Assembly (NCBI GenBank): GCA_016198905.1 | Contig: JACQHR010000013.1 | Location: forward strand, 70,153-134,152 | Source of the DNA: Candidatus Omnitrophota bacterium | Lineage (GTDB): Bacteria > Omnitrophota > Gorgyraeia > Aquiviventales > Aquiviventaceae | DNA: 64,000 nucleotides | Direction of reading: 5' to 3' | Shown here: positions 54,144-63,833 of the stretch, one piece after another | How the letters are laid out: each line of letters starts with the position of its first letter | Position numbering within the stretch: position 1 is the first letter of the stretch | The notes under the pieces: generated by a model | Told to the model about the DNA's origin: nothing | The model's input: the letters and a program-made list of their open reading frames with translations, nothing else | The model's database searches: none | Translations under genes and position numbers: made by a program

Positions 54144-54214
54144 CCGTTTCGCGTTTCACGTTTCATGTTTCACGTCCAACTTGAAACCTGAAACGTGAAA
54201 CCTGAAACGAAACG
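54144..54214. repeat. inverted heptad arrays (CGTTTCA)x4 / (GTGAAAC-type)x4 abutting the ogg start codon
   Basis: ccgtttcg cgtttca cgtttca tgtttca cgtccaac ttgaaac ctgaaac gtgaaac ctgaaac gaaacg. Confidence 0.6.
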
Positions 54215-54220
54215 TCGATC

Positions 54221-54829
54221 CTAAACTTTGGGGAGCGTGATTCCCTGCTGTCCTTGATACTTGCCCTTGCGATCCGCGTACGAGACTTCCGGCAGCGAGC
54301 CCGCTTCGAAGAAGAGGACCTGTGCGATCCCTTCGAAAGAGTAGATGCGCGCCGGCAGCGGGGTCGTGTTGGAGATTTCAATCGTCAGATGCCCTTCCCA
54401 GCCCGGCTCAAGCGGCGTGATGTTGACCACGATGCCGCAGCGGGCGTAGCTGGACTTGCCAAGACAAATTCCAAGGATCGAGCGCGGCATCCGGAAGAAC
54501 TCGACCGATCGCGCCAGCGCAAACGAATTGGGCGGCACCACGCAGACCTCACCCTTGAAGTCGATGAACGAGTCGGGATTGAACTGCTTGGGATCCACGA
54601 CGGCCTGTTTGAGGTTCGTGAAGACCTTGAACTCATCCGTCACGCGAATGTCGTAGCCCATCGAGGAGAGGCCGTAGGAAATGACGCCATCACGTTTGAG
54701 CCGCTCTTCGAAGGGGTCGAGCATCCGATACTTCTTCACATAGTCGCGAATCTCCCAATCCACGAGGATGCGGCCGGTCGACTTGATATGTTCGGGAATG
54801 TCGGAGAGTTTCGAAGGACTCTCAAGCAT
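54221..54829 (-). CDS. dcd: dCTP deaminase
   Basis: Start placed at MLESPSK behind [28 protein letters not shown] and [12 protein letters not shown] motifs. Confidence 0.9.
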   Translation of the reverse strand: MLESPSKLSDIPEHIKSTGRILVDWEIRDYVKKYRMLDPFEERLKRDGVISYGLSSMGYDIRVTDEFKVFTNLKQAVVDPKQFNPDSFIDFKGEVCVVPPNSFALARSVEFFRMPRSILGICLGKSSYARCGIVVNITPLEPGWEGHLTIEISNTTPLPARIYSFEGIAQVLFFEAGSLPEVSYADRKGKYQGQQGITLPKV

Positions 54830-55058
54830 TGGCGGCTCCCTTCTTTTCGGTAGATAAGGCAAGATGAATGCGGTTGATGCTGCCACGGACGGCGATCAAC
54901 GGAAGATTTTTTCGATGGCGGCGCAACGCTTTGAGGTAGGGGTTGGCGGTGTGGCGGACCCAACTGACCGGCCGTTCTTTCGCTTGCTGGAGCCCTTCCC
55001 GTCCCCAGTGGGACTTGACGAACGCCTTGCACTTCTTCGAAAGCTCGAGGGATAGCAT
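54822..55058 (-). CDS. small basic hypothetical protein (78 aa)
   Basis: ATG at 55058 is preceded by GGGAGG at a 5-nt spacing. The stop overlaps the dcd start by 8 nt. Confidence 0.45.
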   Translation of the reverse strand: MLSLELSKKCKAFVKSHWGREGLQQAKERPVSWVRHTANPYLKALRRHRKNLPLIAVRGSINRIHLALSTEKKGAANA

Positions 55059-55183
55059 GTGAACCTCCCTGTGACACTCATCAGCCGCACACTCCGGGGC
55101 TTTTCCGGGCCCGGCGCTCAAAGGGCTCCCACACCCTTCGATCTGCCACTGATGAGTTGTACGAACTTCTACAAGTTTTCTCT

Positions 55184-55211
55184 TTGTGCTTGGTGCTGTG
55201 TGCTTAGTGCT
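55184..55211. repeat. heptad array (NNGTGCT)x4 directly 3-prime of the nrdJ stop
   Basis: ttgtgct tggtgct gtgtgct tagtgct. Same unit family as 53231..53318. Confidence 0.55.
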
Positions 55212-55214
55212 GAG

Positions 55215-57989
55215 TTACGAGCAGCCGGAGGTGGTGCCGCAGTTGGCGCACTTGTAGCAGCTGCCGCTACGGATCATGAGCGAGCCGCAGTCACTGCACA
55301 CCGGCGCATCGGCTTGCGAGACGAACGTATTCTTCTCTTGCTGCTCCATCGCATTGCCGTAGCTGTTCTCCGCCGGTATCTTGGCCGTGGCAGGAACCGC
55401 TGTCGCAACCGACTTGGCCCCAGGAATCTCAGTCACTTTGAACTGCTGGGCTTCTTCTGCCGGCAGGAATTTCAGCGCCATCCAGCGGAAGATGTAGTCG
55501 ATCACCGATTTGGCAAAGCGAATGTCCTTGTTGTTGGTGACCCCGGAAGGTTCAAACCGCACGTGGCTGAATTTGTTCACGAGAATCTTGAGCGGCACGC
55601 CGTATTGCAGCGAGAGCGAGACGGTCGTCGCGAAACAGTCCATGACGCCGGAGAGGGTCGAGCCTTCCTTCGACATCACGATGAAGATTTCGCCTGGCTG
55701 GCCGTCTTCGAAGAGCCCAACGGTCAGATACCCTTCATGGCCACCGATGGAAAACTTATGCGTGATCGCCTGGCGCTCATCCGGAAGCCGGCGGCGGTAG
55801 GGCGTGCCTACCGGGGCTTTTGCTTTCGCTTTATCACCCTTGCTCGTCGAAAGTGGCTGCACTTTCTTGGAGCCGTCACGGTAGATCGCCAGCGCCTTCA
55901 CACCGAGTCGCCACGCCTCGGTGTAGGCGTGCACGATGTCTTCGACCGTCGCCTCTTCCGGCAAATTCACCGTCTTGCTGATCGCCCCGCTGATGAACGG
56001 CTGGGCGGCTCCCATCATCCGCACGTGGCCCATGGAGTGGATCGAGCGCGTACCGTGCATCGGCCGAAACGCGCAGTCGAACACCGACAGATGCTCAGCC
56101 TTCAATCCCGGCGCCCCTTCGATGGTTTCCTTTTCATTCAAGTGCTTGAGAATCGCTTCGATCTCCTGCGGCTCGTAGCCGAGTTTCTTCAGCGCCTTCG
56201 GGACGGTCTGATTGACGATCTTCAGCATCCCCCCACCGACGAGGCGCTTGTACTTGATGAGCGCGATGTCCGGTTCGACCCCGGTCGTGTCGCAATCCAT
56301 CAGAAACGCGATCGTGCCGGTCGGTGCGAGCACCGTGACCTGCGAATTGCGCACGCCGAATTGCTCGCCAAGCTTGATGGACTCATCCCACGTTCGCGTT
56401 GCGGCTTGCAAGAGCGGCTGTGGCACGAGGCGATGGTTGATTTTATCGACCTGCGCGCGATGCTTGCGCAACACGCGGATCTGCGGCTCGCGATTGAGCG
56501 CAAAGCCCGCATATGGCCCAAGCTGCTGCGCAATCTGCCCGGAGACTTCATACGCATGCCCGCACATGAGTGCCGTAATCGCCCCGGCCCACGCGCGGCC
56601 CTCTTCCGAGTCGTAGGCGACACCCAGCGACATGAGCAGCGCGCCAAGATTCGCGTAGCCCAAGCCGAGCTCGCGGTAATCTCTCGCGTTGCGATCGATC
56701 TTCGGCGTCGGATAGGAAGAGTTGTCGACGATGATATCCTGCGCGATGATCATGATGCGCACCGCGTACTTGAACTGTTCGGTCAGGAAGTTGCCCTCAT
56801 CGTCGACGAACTTCATGAGGTTGATGCTGGCGAGGTTGCACGCGCTGTTATCGAGGTGCATGTACTCGCTGCACGGGTTGCTCGCGTTGATGCGGCCGGT
56901 GTTCGGGCAGGTGTGCCAATCGTTGATCGTCGTGTCAAACTGCATGCCGGGATCGCCGCAATGCCAGGTCGCTTCGGCGATCAATCGCAGCAGGTCGCGG
57001 GCTTTGGCGCGCTCAATCACCTCTCCGGTGGTCGCGGCCTTCAGATCCCACTCCTCATCGGTGAGCGCTCGCTTCATGAAATCGTCCGTCACGCGCACGG
57101 AGTTGTTCGCGTTCTGGAAGAACACCGAGGTGTACGCTTCCCCGTCGATCGTCGCGTCGTAGCCCAAGTCGATCAGCTTGTGCGCCTTCTCTTCTTCCTT
57201 CCACTTGCAGAGGATGAACTGCTTGATATCCGGGTGATCGGCGTTCATCACGACCATTTTCGCCGCGCGCCGCGTTTTGCCCCCGGACTTGATGACGCCC
57301 GCCGAGGCATCGGCCGCGCGCATGAAGGAGACCGGTCCTGATGCGGTGCCGCCCCCGGCGAGGCGCTCGCGCGAGGAGCGGATGTTCGACACGTTCAGGC
57401 CGGCCCCGGAACCGTACTTGAAGATCATCCCTTCGTTGCGGTACCACTCGAGGATGGACTCCATCGTGTCATCGACGGAAAGAATGAAACACGCGGAGCA
57501 CTGCGGGATTTTCTCGATCCCCACGTTAAACCACACCGGCGAATTGAACGCGGCGTATTGATTGACGAGGAGGTAGGTCAGCTCGGCATGATAGGTCTGG
57601 GCATCGTCATCGGTCGCAAAGTAGCCGTCTGCGATGCCCCAATTGGTAATCGTATCAGCCACCCGGCTAATGAGCTGCTTCACGCTGCGCTCGCGCGCCG
57701 GGGTCCCGAGGGCGCCGCGGAAATACTTGGAAACCACTACGTTGGTCGCCAGCTGGCTCCAGAAATTCGGCACCTCGACGTCTTTTTGTTCAAAGACCAC
57801 TTCCCCTTTCTCGTTGCCGATCGAGGCGCTGCGCAACTCCCAGGTCATTTCGTCATACGGATGCACGGTCGGACGGGTCCAGCGGCGGGCGATTTTGAGG
57901 CCCGTTGTCTGAGTTTTGGGACGCCCTTGGAGAGTGACCGCCGATGCCTCACCTGCAGGCCTTCCAACTGTCTTGACGCCCTCAGCCAT
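55215..57989 (-). CDS. nrdJ: adenosylcobalamin-dependent (class II) ribonucleotide reductase
   Basis: Start placed at MAEGVKTV behind GAGGAG. NPCSE active-site loop. C-terminal Cys-rich tail CSDCG...CYKCANCG. Confidence 0.9.
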   Translation of the reverse strand: MAEGVKTVGRPAGEASAVTLQGRPKTQTTGLKIARRWTRPTVHPYDEMTWELRSASIGNEKGEVVFEQKDVEVPNFWSQLATNVVVSKYFRGALGTPARERSVKQLISRVADTITNWGIADGYFATDDDAQTYHAELTYLLVNQYAAFNSPVWFNVGIEKIPQCSACFILSVDDTMESILEWYRNEGMIFKYGSGAGLNVSNIRSSRERLAGGGTASGPVSFMRAADASAGVIKSGGKTRRAAKMVVMNADHPDIKQFILCKWKEEEKAHKLIDLGYDATIDGEAYTSVFFQNANNSVRVTDDFMKRALTDEEWDLKAATTGEVIERAKARDLLRLIAEATWHCGDPGMQFDTTINDWHTCPNTGRINASNPCSEYMHLDNSACNLASINLMKFVDDEGNFLTEQFKYAVRIMIIAQDIIVDNSSYPTPKIDRNARDYRELGLGYANLGALLMSLGVAYDSEEGRAWAGAITALMCGHAYEVSGQIAQQLGPYAGFALNREPQIRVLRKHRAQVDKINHRLVPQPLLQAATRTWDESIKLGEQFGVRNSQVTVLAPTGTIAFLMDCDTTGVEPDIALIKYKRLVGGGMLKIVNQTVPKALKKLGYEPQEIEAILKHLNEKETIEGAPGLKAEHLSVFDCAFRPMHGTRSIHSMGHVRMMGAAQPFISGAISKTVNLPEEATVEDIVHAYTEAWRLGVKALAIYRDGSKKVQPLSTSKGDKAKAKAPVGTPYRRRLPDERQAITHKFSIGGHEGYLTVGLFEDGQPGEIFIVMSKEGSTLSGVMDCFATTVSLSLQYGVPLKILVNKFSHVRFEPSGVTNNKDIRFAKSVIDYIFRWMALKFLPAEEAQQFKVTEIPGAKSVATAVPATAKIPAENSYGNAMEQQEKNTFVSQADAPVCSDCGSLMIRSGSCYKCANCGTTSGCS

Positions 57990-58103
57990 ACGATGTTCTC
58001 CTCGACCCCTCGACTCGCTGCGCTCGCTCGGGACACCGCGAAGCACAAGCTGTTGATCTATTTCCACAAGGAATCCCCAAGCCCTTGTGGATTTGCATTG
58101 ACG

Positions 58104-58131
58104 ACTTTAGCACACACGAATGGCTTGTCAA
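58104..58131 (-). promoter_or_regulatory. candidate nrdJ promoter TTGACA-16-TAAAGT
   Basis: Minus-strand read: ggcTTGACAagccattcgtgtgtgcTAAAGTcg. Confidence 0.4.
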
Positions 58132-58142
58132 GCCAAAAAAAT

Positions 58143-58187
58143 ACCAGATATTGTGGGTGATGATCTCTCGACGACAATATCTTGGGT
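58143..58187. promoter_or_regulatory. two tandem NrdR-box-like palindromes
   Basis: Minus-strand read: CCCAAGATATTGTCG and CACAATATCTGGTA, versus my recollection of the consensus acaCwAtATaTwGtgt. Centres are 31 bp apart. Confidence 0.55.
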
Positions 58188-58201
58188 GTCTGGCAAGAAA
58201 A

Positions 58202-58666
58202 CTACAGGGTGTAACGCTCGCCTTGGGGCTGCCGGCGGATCGTGGGCGGCAATGCCGGCTTTTTGACGGTGATGTCAATCGTTGATGTTTCGAGTTCTTG
58301 CTTCTGTTGCCGAACCTTGAACGGTCCCAACTTGAAGGTGCCCGCGCGTTGCGGCACGAGGACGAATGCGAGCCCTGTCGAGCGCTCCGTGACACCCGCG
58401 TGCATGGAGAAGTTCGTGGACTGATTGCGGGCGACGATGATAAATCCCTCCGGCAACTCAGGCGGGGGCAGTTGAACACCCGAGAGATCGCCTTTGAGGG
58501 TAATGGTCAGCGTCACGGGCGAGCCGATATCGACGGTCGTACGATCGACTTGCGCCGAGATGCTCAGGTCGCCGGCCCACGCAACGGCACCGAAACCGGC
58601 GACGATCACCGCTGCGCACAGCCACCGTTGATTACGACCCGCTGAACGTAAGCGCCTGGGTGCCAT
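58202..58666 (-). CDS. BatD N-terminal-like secreted protein
   Basis: 154 aa. Signal peptide, then [25 protein letters not shown]...[10 protein letters not shown] pattern. Confidence 0.45.
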   Translation of the reverse strand: MAPRRLRSAGRNQRWLCAAVIVAGFGAVAWAGDLSISAQVDRTTVDIGSPVTLTITLKGDLSGVQLPPPELPEGFIIVARNQSTNFSMHAGVTERSTGLAFVLVPQRAGTFKLGPFKVRQQKQELETSTIDITVKKPALPPTIRRQPQGERYTL

Positions 58667-61214
58667 TCTGGTCCACCGTCACGGTTTGGCCGGCTTTGAG
58701 CGTCCCGTCGAGCAACTGAAGGGCGAGCGGATCCATCAGGAATTTCTGCACGGCTCGACGCAGCGGCCTCGCACCGTAGACCGGATCGAAGCCCTCCTTT
58801 GCGAGAAAGGCTTTCGCGCGATTCGTCAGCTTCAAGGTCACATGGCGCTCGGTCAACCGTGACTGCGCACGAGCCACTTGCAGCTCGACGATACGATCAA
58901 GGTCCTTCGGCGTCAGCCGGTTGAACATCACGATGTCATCGATGCGATTCAAGAACTCCGGCCGGAAGCTCTTTCTCAGGACATCAAGAACCGCTTCTTT
59001 TTGCTGTGTGCTGTCTGCTGTGGGCTGTGTGCTGAATACTTGGCTGCCGACGTTGGACGTCATGATGACCACCGTGTTCTTGAAACTCACGACGCGGCCT
59101 TGTCCATCGGTGAGCCGGCCGTCGTCGAGCAATTGGAGCAGCGCGTTCAACACATCCTGGTGCGCCTTCTCGACTTCATCAAACAGGATGACGCAATAGG
59201 GCTTGCGCCGCACCGCCTCGGTCAGTTGCCCGCCTTCCTCATACCCAACGTACCCCGGAGGCGCGCCCATGAGGCGCGAGACGGTGTGATGTTCCATGTA
59301 TTCGGACATGTCGATGCGCACGAGGGCGTTTTCATTGTCGAAGAGAAATTGTGCGAGCGCTTTGGCAAGCTCGGTTTTCCCCACCCCGGTCGGTCCGAGG
59401 AAGAAGAATGAGCCTAACGGCCGATTCGGATCGGCAAGATCGGCGCGGGCGCGGCGAATCGCATTCGACACCGCCTCAACCGCTTCGTCTTGCCCGATCA
59501 CGCGCGCCTTGAGCCGCTCCTCCATATGGACGAGCTTTTCGCGCTCGGTCTCCATGAGACGGGACACCGGAATGCCGGTCCAATTGGACACGACTTCCGC
59601 GATATCTTCGTCGGAGACTTCCTCTTTCAACATCTTCGTCTTGCGCTGCAACTCGGCGAGCTTGGCCGCCTTCTGTTCGAGCTCTTTCTGCAACTGCGGC
59701 ACGACGCCGTAGCGCAGCTCAGCCACGCGGCCCAAATTGCCGGCGCGCTCTTCGCGTTCGGACTCAAGACGCGTCTGCTCGAGTTTCTCTTTGACCTCAC
59801 GGACAGACTTGATCAACTCTTTTTCCTGCTGCCAATGTTTTTCGAGTTTCGCGCGCTCGGCCTTGAGCTTCTCGAGCTCGTTCTCGAGCGTCTTCAAACG
59901 AGACTTCGCCTCAGGATCGGTCTCTTTCTTCAGCGCCTCGCGCTCCACTTCCAGCTGGATCACCCGTCGGTGAATCGCGTCGATCTCCGAGGGCATACTG
60001 TCGATTTCCATCCGCAGGTGCGCCGCGGCTTCGTCCATCAAGTCGATCGCCTTATCCGGCAGAAACCGATCCGCGATGTAACGCGAGGAGAGCCGCGCGG
60101 CAGCGATAATCGCGCTGTCCGTAATGCGCACGCCGTGGTGGACTTCGTAGCGCTCCTTGAGCCCGCGCAAGATCGCGATCGTTTCTTCCACTGAAGGCTC
60201 GTTCACGATGATGGGCGCAAAGCGGCGCTCAAGCGCCGGATCTTTTTCGATGTGTTTGCGATATTCATCGAGCGTGGTCGCACCCACGCAGCGAAGCTCG
60301 CCGCGGGCCAACGCCGGCTTGAGCAAATTCGAGGCATCGACAGCCCCTTCGGCGGCCCCGGCGCCAACTACGGTGTGCAATTCGTCAATGAACAGGACGA
60401 CGTTGCCAGCGCTCGCTTCAATCTCTTTCAGGACGGCTTTGAGTCGCTCTTCAAATTCACCGCGGAACTTCGTGCCGGCGATGAGGGCGCCAAGATCCAG
60501 CGCCATCACGCGCTTGTTTTTGAGATTATCCGGCACATCGCCTCGGATGATGCGCTGGGCGAGTCCTTCGGCGATCGCGGTTTTACCGACGCCCGGTTCG
60601 CCGATCAACACGGGATTATTTTTGGTGCGGCGGGTGAGCACTTGGATGACGCGGCGGACTTCTTGATCGCGGCCGATCACCGGATCGAGCTTGCCCTTGC
60701 GCGCAAGGTCGGTGAGGTCGCGGGAAAATTTCTCGAGCGCGCGGTACTTCTCTTCAGGAGTCGCGTCGGTGACGCGATGCGCGCCGCGCAGCGCCTTCAG
60801 CGCGATTTCCACGCTGTCGCGTTTGAGTCCCAACCGTTTGTACAGCGCGCCAAGCTCGTCATCCTTGAAACTGGCCAGCAGCAAATGCTCGGTGGAAATG
60901 TATTCGTCGGTGAGCCGTTTCGCCTCATCCTCAGCTTGGAGCAGCAAGCGATTCAGCCGATTGGAGAGGTGCAGCGAGTCGCCGCCGCTAACCGCAGGCA
61001 CTTTCGCCAGCGACGCCTCGAGCTCATTGCTCAGGCGCGACGCCCCCACACCCACCTTCTCAAGCAGCTGCCCGACCAGGCCTTCCTCTTGATCGATGAG
61101 TGCGAGCAGCAGATGCTCAGGCTCAAGCCGCTGATGACTGCGCCGTTGAGCAGCCGCCTGCGCTTCTTGCAGAGCCTCTTGAGCTTTGATCGTCAGCTTA
61201 TCGAGTTTCATCAA
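58632..61214 (-). CDS. clpB: ATP-dependent chaperone ClpB
   Basis: 860 aa. Two Walker A sites ([16 protein letters not shown]) and a long coiled-coil M domain. Confidence 0.95.
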   Translation of the reverse strand: MMKLDKLTIKAQEALQEAQAAAQRRSHQRLEPEHLLLALIDQEEGLVGQLLEKVGVGASRLSNELEASLAKVPAVSGGDSLHLSNRLNRLLLQAEDEAKRLTDEYISTEHLLLASFKDDELGALYKRLGLKRDSVEIALKALRGAHRVTDATPEEKYRALEKFSRDLTDLARKGKLDPVIGRDQEVRRVIQVLTRRTKNNPVLIGEPGVGKTAIAEGLAQRIIRGDVPDNLKNKRVMALDLGALIAGTKFRGEFEERLKAVLKEIEASAGNVVLFIDELHTVVGAGAAEGAVDASNLLKPALARGELRCVGATTLDEYRKHIEKDPALERRFAPIIVNEPSVEETIAILRGLKERYEVHHGVRITDSAIIAAARLSSRYIADRFLPDKAIDLMDEAAAHLRMEIDSMPSEIDAIHRRVIQLEVEREALKKETDPEAKSRLKTLENELEKLKAERAKLEKHWQQEKELIKSVREVKEKLEQTRLESEREERAGNLGRVAELRYGVVPQLQKELEQKAAKLAELQRKTKMLKEEVSDEDIAEVVSNWTGIPVSRLMETEREKLVHMEERLKARVIGQDEAVEAVSNAIRRARADLADPNRPLGSFFFLGPTGVGKTELAKALAQFLFDNENALVRIDMSEYMEHHTVSRLMGAPPGYVGYEEGGQLTEAVRRKPYCVILFDEVEKAHQDVLNALLQLLDDGRLTDGQGRVVSFKNTVVIMTSNVGSQVFSTQPTADSTQQKEAVLDVLRKSFRPEFLNRIDDIVMFNRLTPKDLDRIVELQVARAQSRLTERHVTLKLTNRAKAFLAKEGFDPVYGARPLRRAVQKFLMDPLALQLLDGTLKAGQTVTVDQNGTQALTFSGS

Positions 61215-61245
61215 GTGCGCAAGGGTTCGCCCCCCTGCCCGTGGA

Positions 61246-62106
61246 TTACAACCTCATTGATCGCAGGCGGCGAATGCGCTCGGCAATCGGCGGATGCGTG
61301 GAAAACAGCTTGGCGATGCCGCCAGCCGACAGCGGATTGACGATGAACAAGTGCGCCGTCGCCGGATTCGCATTCGGCAGCGGATACGCGCGCGCGGCTT
61401 GATCCAATTTCTCCAACGCGCTGGCTAACCCATGCGGCGTGCCGGCCAAATGCGCGCCGGTGTCATCGGCGCCGTATTCGCGCGTGCGCGAGATCGCCAA
61501 CTGAATCAACATTGCGGCCAGCGGAGCTAAGATCGCGACCAGCAGCAACACGACGAGCTGGAATGCGCCGGAATTGCGATTGTTATCGCGGCTGCGGCTG
61601 GAGCCGCCAAACATCATGCCCCACTGCGCCATCCGCGCGAGATACATGATGGCGCCAGCGACGGCCGCGGCGATCGTCATCACGAGCGTATCGCGATTCT
61701 TCACGTGGCTGAGCTCGTGCGCCAGCACACCCTTCAACTCTTCCTCACTCATGATTTCCAGCAGCCCGGACGTCACCGCCACGGCGGCGTGCTTTGGATT
61801 GCGTCCGGTTGCAAACGCATTCGGGGTTTTCGTGGCCATCCAATAGATCTTCGGCACCGGCATGTGAACGCGAGAAGAGATCTCGCGCACCGCCCGATAG
61901 ACCTGCGGCCCATCCGCCTCGCTCAATGGCTTGGCCTGGTACATCGCCAGCACGATCTTGTCGCTGAACCAGTACGCGCCGAGATTGAGGACCAGCGCAA
62001 AGATAAACGCAAACGTGGCTCCCTGTACGCCGCCGACGAGATGGCCGAGTGCGACGAGCAACACGGTCAACAACGCCAGCAAAAACCCGGTTTTAAGTAC
62101 GTTCAT
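61246..62106 (-). CDS. htpX: zinc metalloprotease HtpX
   Basis: 286 aa. HELSHV motif, 4 TM, EYGAD downstream. Confidence 0.9.
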   Translation of the reverse strand: MNVLKTGFLLALLTVLLVALGHLVGGVQGATFAFIFALVLNLGAYWFSDKIVLAMYQAKPLSEADGPQVYRAVREISSRVHMPVPKIYWMATKTPNAFATGRNPKHAAVAVTSGLLEIMSEEELKGVLAHELSHVKNRDTLVMTIAAAVAGAIMYLARMAQWGMMFGGSSRSRDNNRNSGAFQLVVLLLVAILAPLAAMLIQLAISRTREYGADDTGAHLAGTPHGLASALEKLDQAARAYPLPNANPATAHLFIVNPLSAGGIAKLFSTHPPIAERIRRLRSMRL

Positions 62107-62206
62107 GTGAGTGTGCTCCTCTCGTTGGGTTCGCTTCTGGGGACTCTCCTCGAAGCTCGTGCCATTATACCACGAACGATCACAAGGAGCCGTTCTTCAG
62201 GATGCT

Positions 62207-62959
62207 TTAGATGTGGAAGGACGTGAAATCGCGGGCAAGAGTGAGGTGGCCGCGGTAGGAGCGGCGCACGCGGGCGCGGATGTCGTAGCGCTTGAAGACC
62301 GGATAGAAATGACTGAGGACGAGGCGGCGGCATTGCGCGCGGGCGGCGATCTGCGCGCACTCAGACGGCGTGAGATGGCCTTCGACCTTCTGCTCATCGG
62401 GCACCGAGCATTCGAGGATCAACAGATCCGCTCGCTGCCCCATCGCCACCGCGCTATCGCAGACATCAGTATCACCCGAATACGCCAGCGTTTTGCCGCC
62501 CGCTGTCAGACGATAGCCGACCGCGCGCGTGGCATAGTGATTCATAGGATATGAACGGACGGTGTAGCCTGGTAAGCGAAGCGTGGCGCGCTGCACTTCA
62601 TGGAAGATGACGCGGTAGCCGCGCGGCGAGAGCCAATCGTGATAGGCAGCGTTGAGTTGCCGATACAGTGTCTTCAAACCAGGCGGTCCATAGACCTGCA
62701 GCGACTTCTTGCGGCGCACCTGCGGTAATCGCAGCGCAAACAAGATCGAGACGAGATCGAGACAGTGATCGACGTGAAAGTGCGTGAGGAAAATTCTATC
62801 GAGCTGATCCCACGGAGCCTTCGCCAGATGCAATCGCTGCAAGCTACCGGCTCCAGCATCAAGCAGCACGCGCTCACGGGCCACCTGCACATAGATGCCG
62901 GCCGGACTATACCCGCGCGCAGGAATCGATGTCCCGGCGCCGAGAATGGTCACCCGCAT
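62207..62959 (-). CDS. MBL-fold metallo-hydrolase (RNase Z-like)
   Basis: 250 aa. THFHVDH motif and downstream GDT / H contexts. Confidence 0.75.
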   Translation of the reverse strand: MRVTILGAGTSIPARGYSPAGIYVQVARERVLLDAGAGSLQRLHLAKAPWDQLDRIFLTHFHVDHCLDLVSILFALRLPQVRRKKSLQVYGPPGLKTLYRQLNAAYHDWLSPRGYRVIFHEVQRATLRLPGYTVRSYPMNHYATRAVGYRLTAGGKTLAYSGDTDVCDSAVAMGQRADLLILECSVPDEQKVEGHLTPSECAQIAARAQCRRLVLSHFYPVFKRYDIRARVRRSYRGHLTLARDFTSFHI

Positions 62960-62965
62960 CCGTGT

Positions 62966-63802
62966 TTACTCGGCGACCGCGGTGGGCACAAAATCGGACG
63001 GGACGGTGTAGCGCTGCCAGGTGGGCTTGATGTCGAGGACGCGATCGATGCGAAACTGCCGCACAGCCTGGCGCAGATGGCAGTAGCCTTCGAAGTACGG
63101 CTCGGTGATGGAATAGACGTCCACCTTGCGCACGTTGCGTGGCGACTCGCCGCTGGCCGCGCTCTGTGACAGGTATTCGATCTCCACTTGCAGCCGCTTG
63201 CCGAACGCCTCAGTAAGCATCTTGGCGATGGCACTCATCTCACGCTTGCGCTCGGGCCAGAACACGGGAATCTGCAGCTTCTCATTACCGAAGCGGTTCG
63301 TCGCGAAGAGCCGGCCGTGCTGCTTGCCATAGTCGTAGAGTTCCTTCGTGAGCTTCACATCATCGAGACAATACTTCGTGATCAGATCGAACCGGCCTTC
63401 TTTAAACCATCGCAGCGCATCCAGCCCGTGGCCGGACTTGCCCTGCCCCAAGGTCGCCTGTGCCAGACTATCCAAACTGAGACGGTGGCCGAGATTCTTC
63501 ACCACCTCTTCCATGATATCGAGCATCGGCAACGTGTTGAGCGAGAAGGACAGGTAGGGTTGCAGCACCGGCAGATCAAACCGCCGGATGTTGAAGCCGA
63601 TGAGCAGCTCCGCCGCTTGCAGGCGCGGCCCGAGCTTGCTGGCCAGGTCCGCTTCGAGGTACGCATCGTAGCGATTCTGCTCATAGCTGTAGACTCCGAC
63701 GACCGAGACCAGCAGCAGCTCCGGCTTTCGCCCCTCGACCTCAGCAAATTCTTTTTGAGTTTCTAAGTCTAAGACAAGCCGCTCACCCATTATTTCACCC
63801 AT
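62966..63802 (-). CDS. RNase H-fold DEDDy-type exonuclease fused to a WYL-like C-terminal domain
   Basis: LVLDLET, GFNIRRFDLP and KYCLDDV exonuclease motifs. C-terminus is VEIEY...PYFEGYCHLRQAVRQFRIDRVLDI. Confidence 0.6.
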   Translation of the reverse strand: MGEIMGERLVLDLETQKEFAEVEGRKPELLLVSVVGVYSYEQNRYDAYLEADLASKLGPRLQAAELLIGFNIRRFDLPVLQPYLSFSLNTLPMLDIMEEVVKNLGHRLSLDSLAQATLGQGKSGHGLDALRWFKEGRFDLITKYCLDDVKLTKELYDYGKQHGRLFATNRFGNEKLQIPVFWPERKREMSAIAKMLTEAFGKRLQVEIEYLSQSAASGESPRNVRKVDVYSITEPYFEGYCHLRQAVRQFRIDRVLDIKPTWQRYTVPSDFVPTAVAE

Positions 63803-63833
63803 TCATCTAGGAACTATACGTTTGCAGAATAGT

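Noticed and set aside
54144-54214. Possibility that the short tandem arrays are a degenerate CRISPR array
   Set aside because: The units are 7 nt with no spacers, the arrays are under 50 nt, and no cas genes are in the window.
55059-57341. 760-aa plus-strand ORF, and similar long ORFs at 4140..5012, 44431..45453, 59490..61340 and 51358..52272
   Set aside because: Each lies antisense to a confidently recognised gene (nrdJ, nfo, purH, clpB, ATP-grasp). All are Arg/Ala/Gly/His-rich with no motifs. These are the typical shadow ORFs of GC-rich DNA.
57990-58103. Cobalamin riboswitch in the nrdJ leader
   Set aside because: No B12-box-like core was recognised. The leader is about 100 nt, too short for that class, and NrdR-box-like sites give a sufficient explanation.
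58995-59040. ctgtgtgct motifs inside clpB resembling the intergenic NNGTGCT heptads
   Set aside because: They encode S-T-Q tripeptides in a variable ClpB segment of normal length. There is no period-7 array, so this is most likely a coding coincidence.
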